Source: a virus
Strand: one strand, 5' to 3'
Virus genome (UHGV): UHGV-0184477
DNA length: 47,935 bases
Below, piece by piece: positions 37,506 to 45,719 of the stretch. The notes under the pieces were generated by a model. The model was not told the DNA's origin. It worked only from the letters and a program-made list of their open reading frames with translations, and did no database searches. Position 1 is the stretch's first letter; the number at the start of each line of letters is the position of its first letter. The position numbers and the translations under genes are program-made.

Positions 37506-38413
37506 TAATCCTCCAGCTTCATGCCCGGCACTTTTCCAGCAGCAATGAGGTCGTAAATTTCCTCAGCGGCAGTCTGACACCATCCTGTTAACATAATTGC
37601 TTTCACCGCCTCATCGCGTCTCTTGTCCGCCTCTGAGCGGATGGGACGGAAAACTTGCTTTTCAGATGGTGTTATTCCGTAATAAGTCTCTCCAGACGGT
37701 TTAATTACAACCTTATCGCCATCCATCCCAATAACTACTACAGCCCCCCAAGATGTATCGTTACTGATAAACTCACACTCACACCCAACCGGAGGCAATC
37801 CTTCGCCGTTCCAAACCGGCGCAGCATCCTGGCCGATGCACTCATTCAGGTCGGCTTCGTCATCCGCTTTGACCTGCTCTGCTTCCTGCGGCTGGTGCAG
37901 GCGGTAGGCGATGATGTCGTATTCCGCGCCAAGTTTACTCCATCTGACAGCGAAAGCTGTATCAATGCTTCCAGAAGAGTCAGGCTCGCCAGCTTTAATA
38001 TGGCGGTTAACATCGCCACAAAGATACTTCACATCAACCAGCGTGCCGCACGGCACAGGGCATTCGCCACCAGGCCAATCAATCCAGTCATAACCAGGGC
38101 CGTCATAGTTACCACATTTACTACAAAGATAACCAGATTGCGTTCTTCCCTCGCTTGGAATCCACTTATGATCGCAGCGCTTACTGGCAGCCAGCGCGGC
38201 TTCGTACTGTTCGCGGGTGACCGCATTTGTGTAACTGTGTGGGTGTTTATATTTGTTCCATGCGTCGGATGCCATAGGTAAAGAAAACCCACGCGGCGCG
38301 AATCGACCATCAAAGAACGTTCGTCCGGATGCATGTGTAGAGATTTCGCAAACACCCTCCGGCCAGCCACCGCGCTTCGGCAGTTCTTCAACCAAAATAT
38401 CAATCAGCTTCAT
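37505..38413 (-). CDS. Cys-rich hypothetical protein (302 aa), antisense to the late genes
   Basis: Long minus ORF with several Cys clusters (KRCDHKW...CSKCGNYDG...CPVPCG...CGD; GCECEF). No recognisable catalytic motif. Coupled to flanking micro-ORFs. Confidence 0.55.
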   Translation of the reverse strand: MKLIDILVEELPKRGGWPEGVCEISTHASGRTFFDGRFAPRGFSLPMASDAWNKYKHPHSYTNAVTREQYEAALAASKRCDHKWIPSEGRTQSGYLCSKCGNYDGPGYDWIDWPGGECPVPCGTLVDVKYLCGDVNRHIKAGEPDSSGSIDTAFAVRWSKLGAEYDIIAYRLHQPQEAEQVKADDEADLNECIGQDAAPVWNGEGLPPVGCECEFISNDTSWGAVVVIGMDGDKVVIKPSGETYYGITPSEKQVFRPIRSEADKRRDEAVKAIMLTGWCQTAAEEIYDLIAAGKVPGMKLED

Positions 38414-38541
38414 TTCTTCTCTCCGTTATAAATGCTTTTCAGTTCACCCATCACATTCAGCCATGCTGCATGCTCATCCATGCCGCGCATCACCAGCTTA
38501 ACGTAGCGATTGCGGGCCTTAAACATCAGAAGCGGGCACAT
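38410..38541 (-). CDS. Micro-ORF (43 aa), not in the ORF track
   Basis: TAATG overlap with the secreted-protein gene stop and ATGA overlap with the 302-aa gene start. MCPLLMFKARNRYVKLVMRGMDEHAAWLNVMGELKSIYNGEKK. Confidence 0.3.
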   Translation of the reverse strand: MCPLLMFKARNRYVKLVMRGMDEHAAWLNVMGELKSIYNGEKK

Positions 38542-38831
38542 TATTTGTTACCGAAGGTTGAGATGCAGGCATCGCGCGCAATAACAAACATTTCTTTCGG
38601 CGTTTTGTTTGTCATCTGGTATGCGGTCTCAACGGTTGTTTTGTTGATTTCGTTGGCCTCTGCGCTCGCCTTGCTGCTAACCGATACCTCCAGCGCGATC
38701 CGCTTCGGTATGCCTGCGTCACGCGCTTCTGCTGCTGTCTGGCCGAGTTTACCGACTGCATCGCAAAGTTCACCAGCTGATGCGCCAAATGAAGCCATTG
38801 CGAATGCCGCCACTACGATAAATTTTTTCAT
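38541..38831 (-). CDS. Secreted/periplasmic small protein (96 aa)
   Basis: MKKFIVVAAFAMASFGASA-GE signal peptide with an AxA site and no lipobox. First gene of the antisense operon. Confidence 0.55.
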   Translation of the reverse strand: MKKFIVVAAFAMASFGASAGELCDAVGKLGQTAAEARDAGIPKRIALEVSVSSKASAEANEINKTTVETAYQMTNKTPKEMFVIARDACISTFGNK

Positions 38832-38859
38832 CTTGAATCCCCTATGTTTGTGTAACTAC

Positions 38860-38905
38860 ATCATCGCTTACGATTCAATCTACGTCAATAGGATTATGAT
38901 AAAAT
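38860..38905. promoter_or_regulatory. Divergent promoter region: leftward TTGACG-17-GATGAT and a rightward conserved TTATGATAAAAT element ahead of the endolysin gene
   Basis: Motif CAATCTACGTCAA at 38876-38888. TTATGATAAAAT at 38894-38905 is identical to the 12-mer at 2777-2788. Confidence 0.5.
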
Positions 38906-38929
38906 AATCTGCATCACCGGAGGTAACAA

Positions 38930-39367
38930 ATGAAACTATCAACGCGCGGAAAGAATTTAATTAAATCTCATGAAGGGCTGGTGCTTGCAGTCTACCCCGA
39001 CCCGGCAACCGGAGGCGCCCCGTACACCGCTGGATACGGCCATACCGGAAGCGACGTTAAGCCGGGAATGAAGGTCACGCAGGCAATGGCTGACGCATGG
39101 TTTGATAAAGACGTAGCGAAATTTGAAAGCGGCGTCTCTTCACTCATCACATCCCCGACAACTCAGGGCCAGTTTGATGCAATGGTGTCACTGGCCTATA
39201 ACATCGGGCTTGGTAACTTTGGCAAATCAACTCTGCTGAAAAAGCATAACGCCCGCTGCTACACCTGCGCCGCCGACCAGTTCCGGGTGTGGAATCGTGC
39301 TAATGGCAAGGTCATGAACGGACTCACTAAGCGCCGCGCTGCCGAACGTGAGGTATACATGTCATGA
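38930..39367 (+). CDS. Endolysin, GH24 (T4/lambda-type) lysozyme
   Basis: KSHEGLVLAVYPDPATGGAPYTAGYGHT contains the catalytic Glu/Asp/Thr triad spacing of T4 lysozyme. AGGTAACAA Shine-Dalgarno sequence. Confidence 0.85.
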   Translation: MKLSTRGKNLIKSHEGLVLAVYPDPATGGAPYTAGYGHTGSDVKPGMKVTQAMADAWFDKDVAKFESGVSSLITSPTTQGQFDAMVSLAYNIGLGNFGKSTLLKKHNARCYTCAADQFRVWNRANGKVMNGLTKRRAAEREVYMS

Positions 39368-39597
39368 AGCACCTAAGCAACTGGCTTATCGGCATTTGGG
39401 CATCATTCTGTTCGCTGATTCAGCTCTGGCCTGACGCTATGGTTCATGTGTGGGCTTTCATGCCTGAAGACCTCAAATCTGCCATTCCTCCGATTGCGGT
39501 AAAGGCGATCAGCTACAGCATCCTTCTTGCCTCGCTGTTTGGAAAAATGCACGACATGAAGAAAGAGATTAAGGCGCTGAAAAATGACCAGAATTAA
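39364..39597 (+). CDS. Holin-like two-TM membrane protein (77 aa)
   Basis: ATGA coupling to the endolysin gene. Two hydrophobic helices and a charged C-terminus. Confidence 0.5.
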   Translation: MKHLSNWLIGIWASFCSLIQLWPDAMVHVWAFMPEDLKSAIPPIAVKAISYSILLASLFGKMHDMKKEIKALKNDQN

Positions 39598-39964
39598 GTT
39601 AATTCTAATCGCCATAGGCGTCGCGGTAATCATTGCTGCATCTGGTTATGGCGCTGGATACATGAAGGGATGGTATGCGCACAGCGAAAAAGTTAATCGT
39701 GACGCAGAAAAGCGCAGGCAGGAGGTGCAAAGCAAGCAGGCTAAGTCCACGGAGCAATCTCAGCAGGTGCGCGTTGTGACTGAAACCAAATACAAAACCA
39801 TTTACCGCGACGTGGTGAAATATGTCTCCGACCCGAATCGTAATGTGTGTGTTTTTGATGACAACTATCAGCGGTTGCGCCAACAATCACTCGACGCCGA
39901 CGCCTCCGTCAGCAGAGATGCTAGGTCAGGTGTGCGAATTATCGAAAGTGGCGCCAAAAAATAG
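39584..39964 (+). CDS. i-spanin (Rz-like; 126 aa)
   Basis: N-terminal TM anchor (LILIAIGVAVIIAASGYG) with a coiled-coil periplasmic domain. Overlaps the holin-like gene end. Confidence 0.65.
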   Translation: MTRIKLILIAIGVAVIIAASGYGAGYMKGWYAHSEKVNRDAEKRRQEVQSKQAKSTEQSQQVRVVTETKYKTIYRDVVKYVSDPNRNVCVFDDNYQRLRQQSLDADASVSRDARSGVRIIESGAKK

Positions 39965-40067
39965 CGACGAAAGTATCGTTATGGAGAACCAGAACACGGA
40001 GTGCGCCACAAAAAGAAAGATGACGATTTACGACTGGCAGGATTGGTATCGCGATAACTTCCAATAA
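39843..40067 (+). CDS. o-spanin lipoprotein (Rz1-like) in the +1 frame overlapping the i-spanin 3' end
   Basis: MCVFLMTTISGC has a lipobox (ISGC). Pro-rich mature region (TPTPPSAE). Confidence 0.55.
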   Translation: MCVFLMTTISGCANNHSTPTPPSAEMLGQVCELSKVAPKNSDESIVMENQNTECATKRKMTIYDWQDWYRDNFQ

Positions 40068-40093
40068 AAAAGCCCCGTAAGGGGCTTTGTTTT
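40066..40093. terminator. Bidirectional rho-independent terminator
   Basis: AAAAAAGCCCCGTAAGGGGCTTTGTTTT. Confidence 0.85.
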
Positions 40094-40113
40094 AGAAAAT
40101 GCCAAGGTCAATC

Positions 40114-40329
40114 TCACGCATAAAGCGCCTCCATTTTGTACCCAAACATGGTCGCATTCTGATGCTCAACACTACCAGCAAATGCCAGATAACGGCGACC
40201 ACGATTGCTGGTGATGATGTAGGCTGCTGGTTCTCCAAGCCTCGGGACATGATAATCGCGCCGGGCAGGTTCGTGTAACTCCACCATGTCGATTTCAATG
40301 CGTGGCACGGGGTCTTGTATTGGCATCAC
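40114..40329 (-). CDS. Hypothetical protein (71 aa)
   Basis: Minus ORF, coupled (ATGA) to the upstream gene. Confidence 0.4.
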   Translation of the reverse strand: MMPIQDPVPRIEIDMVELHEPARRDYHVPRLGEPAAYIITSNRGRRYLAFAGSVEHQNATMFGYKMEALYA

Positions 40330-40799
40330 TTCACCTCCCCATTCAGTTCATTAACAATTAATGTTGCATAGCCAGCGATGTCTTTCCAGCTATCGTCGTA
40401 TGTCGGGTCGCCATTCAGGATGCGACCAATTTTATGCTGAATCATGTCGAGCGCTTCCTTCTGGCTCGCCGTCAGGTTATTCCAGCCCTCCGCGTCATGC
40501 ATAACTCGTTTCAGAGATCGCATGATTTCTGCGCCGTCTTTGAATTTGCCATAACGGCTGCCGCGCTCGGTGATGAGGGCTTCTGTTGAGATGATGCGCC
40601 AATTCAAGTCATCATCAGTTACTGGCTCACGATGGGCGATAACAATATCGCCAGCCTTTTCGATATCCTTATCTCGCCCTGCATAATCCGCGCTGAGGTA
40701 GTGGATTTTGCCACTGGTTGCTGACTTCACAGCAAGAACGGCATCTTCATGACCATTAAAATAATCAGCACTTCCTTTCAGGTATTTGTATTTCATCAC
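40326..40799 (-). CDS. Hypothetical protein (157 aa)
   Basis: Well-formed ORF. Family not recognised. Confidence 0.5.
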   Translation of the reverse strand: MMKYKYLKGSADYFNGHEDAVLAVKSATSGKIHYLSADYAGRDKDIEKAGDIVIAHREPVTDDDLNWRIISTEALITERGSRYGKFKDGAEIMRSLKRVMHDAEGWNNLTASQKEALDMIQHKIGRILNGDPTYDDSWKDIAGYATLIVNELNGEVK

Positions 40800-40996
40800 T
40801 CCACCCTCAACGTAACTTTGTTTTTCTCATCCACGCTGAAGTGCTCACGCACAAACGCATACATTTCTTCAGCACTCCATTCACGCATTGCTACATAGCA
40901 GTGCGCGTAATATCTGACATCTCGCAGGCTTAACGGCTGGCGCTTAGCGATAATATCAGTCAGTACTTCCAGTGGTTCTTTGCGTTGTCTCGCCAT
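40796..40996 (-). CDS. Hypothetical protein (66 aa)
   Basis: GGAGAG Shine-Dalgarno sequence. First gene of a leftward three-gene operon. Confidence 0.45.
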   Translation of the reverse strand: MARQRKEPLEVLTDIIAKRQPLSLRDVRYYAHCYVAMREWSAEEMYAFVREHFSVDEKNKVTLRVE

Positions 40997-41019
40997 TGTC
41001 GCTCTCCTGTGAAATCATC

Positions 41020-41068
41020 TTGACTAATCTACGTCAATTAGTCAATACTAGGTGTTGTAGATTATAAC
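41020..41068. promoter_or_regulatory. Palindromic operator-like site TTGACTAAT-CTACGTCA-ATTAGTCAA within a divergent promoter region
   Basis: Perfect 9-bp inverted-repeat arms (41020-41028 and 41037-41045) flank the CTACGTCA core. A TATAAC -10-like box at 41063-41068 lies ahead of the HNH-AP2 gene. Confidence 0.5.
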
Positions 41069-41091
41069 ATCTTAATGCGAGTGATGTGGAT

Positions 41092-41607
41092 ATGAACTTT
41101 ATTGACTTGTTTGTTTACGAAAACGGCAAGCTTTACTGGAAGGTTAAGCCGTCAAACAACGTAAAGGCTGGCGCAAGGATTGGGTGCCTGGAGCCAACGA
41201 CAGGTTATCGAAAGGTAAAAGTAAAATACACCCAGACATATGAGCACAGGATTGTTTGGGAGCTATTTAACGGACCAATACCGGAAGACATGGAAATTGA
41301 TCACATCAACCACATCAGAGATGACAACCGAATAGAGAATCTCAGGCTTGTTAACAGGAGAGAAAACACGAGAAACAGTTCAATCAGGAGCGACAACACC
41401 AGTGGTGTTGTTGGTGTTTGTTTTGATAAAAAGCGCGGCAAGTGGTACGCGCAAATAGTCTTAAACGGAACAAGGCTGCACTTAGGTCGCTTTTCAGAAA
41501 AGAGCGAAGCAATAAAGGCCAGACTTGAAGCTGAAATGAAATATGGTTTCCATGAAAACCATGGAATCAATAGGCCAAAAAGAATGATAAAAGGTGGTGT
41601 GGAATGA
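41092..41607 (+). CDS. HNH endonuclease with AP2 domain (172 aa)
   Basis: EIDHINHIRDDNRIENLRLVNRREN (HNH) followed by SGVVGVCFDKKRGKWYAQ (AP2). Confidence 0.75.
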   Translation: MNFIDLFVYENGKLYWKVKPSNNVKAGARIGCLEPTTGYRKVKVKYTQTYEHRIVWELFNGPIPEDMEIDHINHIRDDNRIENLRLVNRRENTRNSSIRSDNTSGVVGVCFDKKRGKWYAQIVLNGTRLHLGRFSEKSEAIKARLEAEMKYGFHENHGINRPKRMIKGGVE

Positions 41608-41819
41608 AGAAGTGGCAGGAGGTGACAGAGATTCATAAGCGCGATTGCCGGGAGACTCTGCAAATGCTTAATGTGCCAGAGTCAATCATTAAATCTATCG
41701 AGCAGCGTATTGACTTAGCTGCTATGGAGGCCGCCCATGAAGCCGAGGAAGCGCAAATGTTGTCATGGATGGACAGAACTCTACCGGGCGTTTTACATCG
41801 TGGTAAAAGTACCGATTGA
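41604..41819 (+). CDS. Hypothetical protein (71 aa)
   Basis: ATGA coupling with the previous gene. Confidence 0.4.
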   Translation: MKKWQEVTEIHKRDCRETLQMLNVPESIIKSIEQRIDLAAMEAAHEAEEAQMLSWMDRTLPGVLHRGKSTD

Positions 41820-41902
41820 AGATGATGACGGGTATCTGCACAACCATAGTCAGGTGCTCAAATATTATGGCGTTCACTATAAGGTGCTGATGGAGAGAAA
41901 AA

Positions 41903-42094
41903 ATGACTACTGATCAGGTGTACGAAAAAGAATTGCTGAACAAGCTGGAAGAACTTGACCGCACTCGCGCATGGGTTGAAAGCGAATTGCGCGAGGTTCG
42001 CAACCGCATGAAACGGCAGGTTAACCGCGAAATTATTGAGTGGCGCGAAGGGCGCCCGCATTTCAGCAATATTGGTGAATGGGTGGCGAAATGA
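41903..42094 (+). CDS. Hypothetical coiled-coil protein (63 aa)
   Basis: GGAGAGAAAAA-ATG RBS arrangement. Confidence 0.45.
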   Translation: MTTDQVYEKELLNKLEELDRTRAWVESELREVRNRMKRQVNREIIEWREGRPHFSNIGEWVAK

Positions 42095-42330
42095 AACCAA
42101 TGATGAATGATGATGGGCTGCTGGAGTGTCCGTTTTGCAACAGCAATCCATATGAGGATAGAGATAAGGCTGATGGCGGTTATGTTGTGGCATGTGAGCA
42201 GTGTGGATGTAGCACCGATCACTGGTTGAAACAGGAAACCGCAATCATGAAATGGAACACCCGCAACGGCCACCTCTATACCGCTGACGACTACAAACAG
42301 GATGCAATGGAGCGCGCAAATGGACTTTAA
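42091..42330 (+). CDS. Lar-family restriction-alleviation-like Zn-finger protein (79 aa)
   Basis: LLECPFCNSNP...CEQCGC. The CPFC motif and size match Lar-like proteins. ATGA coupling. Confidence 0.55.
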   Translation: MKPMMNDDGLLECPFCNSNPYEDRDKADGGYVVACEQCGCSTDHWLKQETAIMKWNTRNGHLYTADDYKQDAMERANGL

Positions 42331-42790
42331 AACGCAAATACTCACCGTGATAGAGCGCTGCGGCGGCGCAACCAATGCCATGATACGCAAGCAGACTGGC
42401 ATGACAAACCGTGCCAGCGTTACCGGCTATCTGATTGAGCTGGAGGGTATGGGATTTATTATTAAAGAGGAAAGCGTCAGCCATGGCAGGCGCTGCTTTA
42501 AGTATTTCCTCAATCCCGATAATACCGCGCTTGACCTGGCAATTCAGAGTTATCTTGAGGCGAATCCGGGACGCAAGAGCAAGCAGATAGCAGAAGCTGT
42601 CGGCGTAAACTACACCATCCTCAAGGCACGCATGCGCTATCTGGCAAGCATTGGTCAGGTTGACCGTGAAATGCTTCCCGGCGGAGCGTGGAAATATTAC
42701 TGGCAGGAGATCATCCCGTTTGGCATGAGCCGTGACAGGATGATGTTTGAAAAGCTGCTTGCCGGGGCGCGTCAGTCATGTGGGCGGTAA
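42320..42790 (+). CDS. Putative DNA-binding protein with two winged-helix-like repeats (156 aa)
   Basis: Two segments each resembling a wHTH (ILTVIERCGGATNAMIRKQTGMTNRASVTGYLIELEGMGFI and KQIAEAVGVNYTILKARMRYLASIGQV). Confidence 0.45.
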   Translation: MDFKTQILTVIERCGGATNAMIRKQTGMTNRASVTGYLIELEGMGFIIKEESVSHGRRCFKYFLNPDNTALDLAIQSYLEANPGRKSKQIAEAVGVNYTILKARMRYLASIGQVDREMLPGGAWKYYWQEIIPFGMSRDRMMFEKLLAGARQSCGR

Positions 42791-43053
42791 AGCATAAATC
42801 AGGAACCGTGCTGTTTGTCACTAACTGTGAGCGCACGGCCAATAATCGCAGAGAGATGGGGTGGATAGTGGAACAAAGAAAATGCAGAGTAACAATTGAG
42901 TGGCTCAACGGAAAGAAAAGCACCTTCTTCGCTGATGGATGCGCGGAGATGGATAACAGCATCATGCTTTCAGTTAATGGTACTGATTTGCATATTCCAT
43001 GGCAAAACATGGTTGATGGCGAGATTAAGTATTTTGATGAGGGCGAGAAATGA
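42778..43053 (+). CDS. Hypothetical protein (91 aa)
   Basis: Overlaps the previous gene end. Confidence 0.4.
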   Translation: MWAVKHKSGTVLFVTNCERTANNRREMGWIVEQRKCRVTIEWLNGKKSTFFADGCAEMDNSIMLSVNGTDLHIPWQNMVDGEIKYFDEGEK

Positions 43054-43322
43054 CAAGTAGAGAGCAGTTTGAAAAATGGGTTGGTGATAGCGTAAATTCT
43101 GATGTGCACAGGGGTATTATGCTTAGCCGCCATGAGAATGGAAATTATAGCCACCTTGCGACAAGACACAAATGGGATGCTTGGCAAGCATCGCGCGCGG
43201 CAATTGAGATTGAACTGCCAGAACCATGCTCCCCTGGTGATTTCTGTGTAGACATTCCGGCACAAGCTCATCATGAGGTTGTCGAGGCAATAGAATTGGC
43301 TGGATTAAAGGTGAAAGTATGA
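43050..43322 (+). CDS. Hypothetical protein (90 aa)
   Basis: ATGA coupling. Confidence 0.4.
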   Translation: MTSREQFEKWVGDSVNSDVHRGIMLSRHENGNYSHLATRHKWDAWQASRAAIEIELPEPCSPGDFCVDIPAQAHHEVVEAIELAGLKVKV

Positions 43323-43663
43323 AACTACAACTTAACGAAATCATGGAAGCAACAATCAGCGAACTGGATGACATTGATATGACGCTTGCCTTTGAGATTG
43401 AGGCCATTGAGCTTCAGCTTGCTGGCAATCAGAATGCAAATAAGGTATGGAGAGAGAAGGCTATGAAGGCAAAAGGGCATATGCAGCGCACCCGCGCGCT
43501 GGTTCGCACTCGCCTTGATAAGCTCTACTACGGCGAAGAAAGAATGTTGCATGGCGCCATTCTGGCTGAAATCCGCAAAACGATGCCCATTGGGAAATTC
43601 ATGGATGTAGTAAACCGCGCAAAAATTAACTGCGGAATGCTAAATAAGAATAGTCCTCAATAA
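43319..43663 (+). CDS. Hypothetical protein (114 aa)
   Basis: ATGA coupling. Acidic N-terminus and basic C-terminus. Confidence 0.4.
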   Translation: MKLQLNEIMEATISELDDIDMTLAFEIEAIELQLAGNQNANKVWREKAMKAKGHMQRTRALVRTRLDKLYYGEERMLHGAILAEIRKTMPIGKFMDVVNRAKINCGMLNKNSPQ

Positions 43664-43845
43664 ATCTTCATCCGTGGCTGTTACCTTGCATTCAGGAGGT
43701 AGCAGCCATGCCAATCATACTGATATCATTCTTTGCTACTCTTTTCGCTTTTACCGCATCTCCGCTTTACCTTCTTGCGTCCGTTTCGTGGTGTATATTC
43801 ATGGTGTGTTATAATCCGGGCATAAAGTAAGCGCGGAGAAAGATC

Positions 43846-45246
43846 ATGATTGTCAAAATTGGCGACAAATGGGTCGTTAAATCTAAGGATGGCTCGCACC
43901 AGTTTGGCGAGTACGACACCGAAGAGGCGGCGAAAAAGCGCCTTGCTGAGGTGGAGGCATTCAAGCACATGAATAATAAATTACAGGTTAACATCCTGTA
44001 CACCATCAACTCAGCCAGCAACATCAGTGAAAAAATCATTGATGGCGACCCGCATTATGTCATCAAGAATGTTGTGCCGGTTGTGGATGACATTGTCATG
44101 AATGGCGGCCTGTATCCTGGCGATGAGATTAAAAAGTCATTCCATGGGCTTGACGGGAAACCAGCGCCATATGACCACCCGAAGATTGATGGCAAATATG
44201 TGTCAGCCAACATGACACGGGCCGCAAATCAGTTCAGCGTTGGTGCATGGATTGAGAACTCATCTCATGACGGCAGCAAGGCGCTGGTAGACCTTTACAT
44301 CAATAAAGTGGTAGCCGAGCGCTCTGATAAAGGCAGGGAGTTACTATCGCGTATTGATGGCCTCAAAATTAACAGCGCCGATGCTGAACCTGTTCAGGTG
44401 TCTACCGGTCTGTTACTCAACCGCGAGCAGGCATCAGGAACCTCTAAGGGTAAAAAATATTCCTGGATTGCCCGAAATATGGAGTGGGACCACCTCGCCA
44501 TTCTTCCTCCAGGGGTCCCAGGGGCTGGAACACCAGAAGATGGTGTTGGCATTTTTGCCACCAATGGCGAAGACATTGAGCGCGTCGTGGTTAACCTTGA
44601 GGAATCGGCTATTCCAGACGAAAGTGCAAACAAAATCAAATGGTGGCAGCGCGCCATCAATCGCCTGACTGGCAATCAACTGTCATTCACCGATATTACC
44701 GAGCAGCTCCGCAATATCATCAAGGCCGAGATGCCAGCCGACTCGTGGCCTTATATCGTCGCCGTTTATGATAATTACTTCGGCGTTGAGATTGACGGCA
44801 CCATTTATATGCAGTCCTACATCGTCCGTGAGGATATGGTAGAATTAGTCGGTGAACGGGTTAAGGCTGTTTATAAGACAGAGCTTGAACCGGTAAAAAC
44901 AACTCAAGGGGAAATCTCAATGACGAACGAGGAATTACAGGCGGTACTCGCTGAAGCCCTCAAACCGGTTCAGGAATCGTTGACCGCAGTCAACCAGAAA
45001 CTGGCCGATGTGGAGGCGCAAAACAAAACCCTACGCGACCAGCTGCAAGCCAATGCTGCGCAAGAAGAGACCGCAATGCGCGCCGCCATTATGGCTGAGT
45101 TGAAGTTGCCGGAATCTGCTGTTAATGCGCTGACTGGCGAAGCACTGCGTGAAACCTATGCACTCACCAGTAAAGCGGCTCCGATTTCCGGCGGGTTCCA
45201 GCCGAACCGCGCCGAAGAAGATTTTGATATGGAGGCACCTGAATAA
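43846..45246 (+). CDS. Prohead protease / scaffolding fusion protein (466 aa)
   Basis: Position directly before the decoration and capsid genes. C-terminal coiled-coil ([39 protein letters not shown]) typical of scaffold domains. The N-terminal ~300 aa are globular. Confidence 0.55.
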   Translation: MIVKIGDKWVVKSKDGSHQFGEYDTEEAAKKRLAEVEAFKHMNNKLQVNILYTINSASNISEKIIDGDPHYVIKNVVPVVDDIVMNGGLYPGDEIKKSFHGLDGKPAPYDHPKIDGKYVSANMTRAANQFSVGAWIENSSHDGSKALVDLYINKVVAERSDKGRELLSRIDGLKINSADAEPVQVSTGLLLNREQASGTSKGKKYSWIARNMEWDHLAILPPGVPGAGTPEDGVGIFATNGEDIERVVVNLEESAIPDESANKIKWWQRAINRLTGNQLSFTDITEQLRNIIKAEMPADSWPYIVAVYDNYFGVEIDGTIYMQSYIVREDMVELVGERVKAVYKTELEPVKTTQGEISMTNEELQAVLAEALKPVQESLTAVNQKLADVEAQNKTLRDQLQANAAQEETAMRAAIMAELKLPESAVNALTGEALRETYALTSKAAPISGGFQPNRAEEDFDMEAPE

Positions 45247-45719
45247 TGGCTACTATCCGTTATGGCACCATCATCGGCGGCCCGGCCCGCAAAAATGACC
45301 CGCAGATTCGTGAAGGCATCATGAAGGCAGCGTTGAAGCCGGGCGCACTGGTTGACTTCGATACTGCCGATGACAAAATCATCGCACACGCTACCGCTGG
45401 TGGTCAGGGTTTCCCTTATGTGCTCCAGCATAACTACCTCGGTGGTGGTGATGTATCTGAAGATGTTCCCGCTGGCGCTACTGGCATGGCTGTGCAGTGT
45501 GAATTTGGCGTCACCTATCACGCACTGGTTGCTAAATCTTCCGAACTGAAGAAAGGCACTCCGCTGGCAAGTGATGGCACTGGTGCGCTGAAAGTTGCCG
45601 CTAATAAGGAAAATATCCTGTTCTATTCCGATGAAACTTATACCGTTGCCTCTGATGGCGCTGAGCTGGTTGCAGTTCGTCGCGCTGGCAATGCTTCCAT
45701 GCCTGCTGGAGAACTGTAA
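45246..45719 (+). CDS. Head decoration protein (157 aa)
   Basis: ATGG overlap. Size and Gly/Ala-rich beta composition typical of capsid decoration proteins upstream of the major capsid gene. Confidence 0.5.
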   Translation: MATIRYGTIIGGPARKNDPQIREGIMKAALKPGALVDFDTADDKIIAHATAGGQGFPYVLQHNYLGGGDVSEDVPAGATGMAVQCEFGVTYHALVAKSSELKKGTPLASDGTGALKVAANKENILFYSDETYTVASDGAELVAVRRAGNASMPAGEL

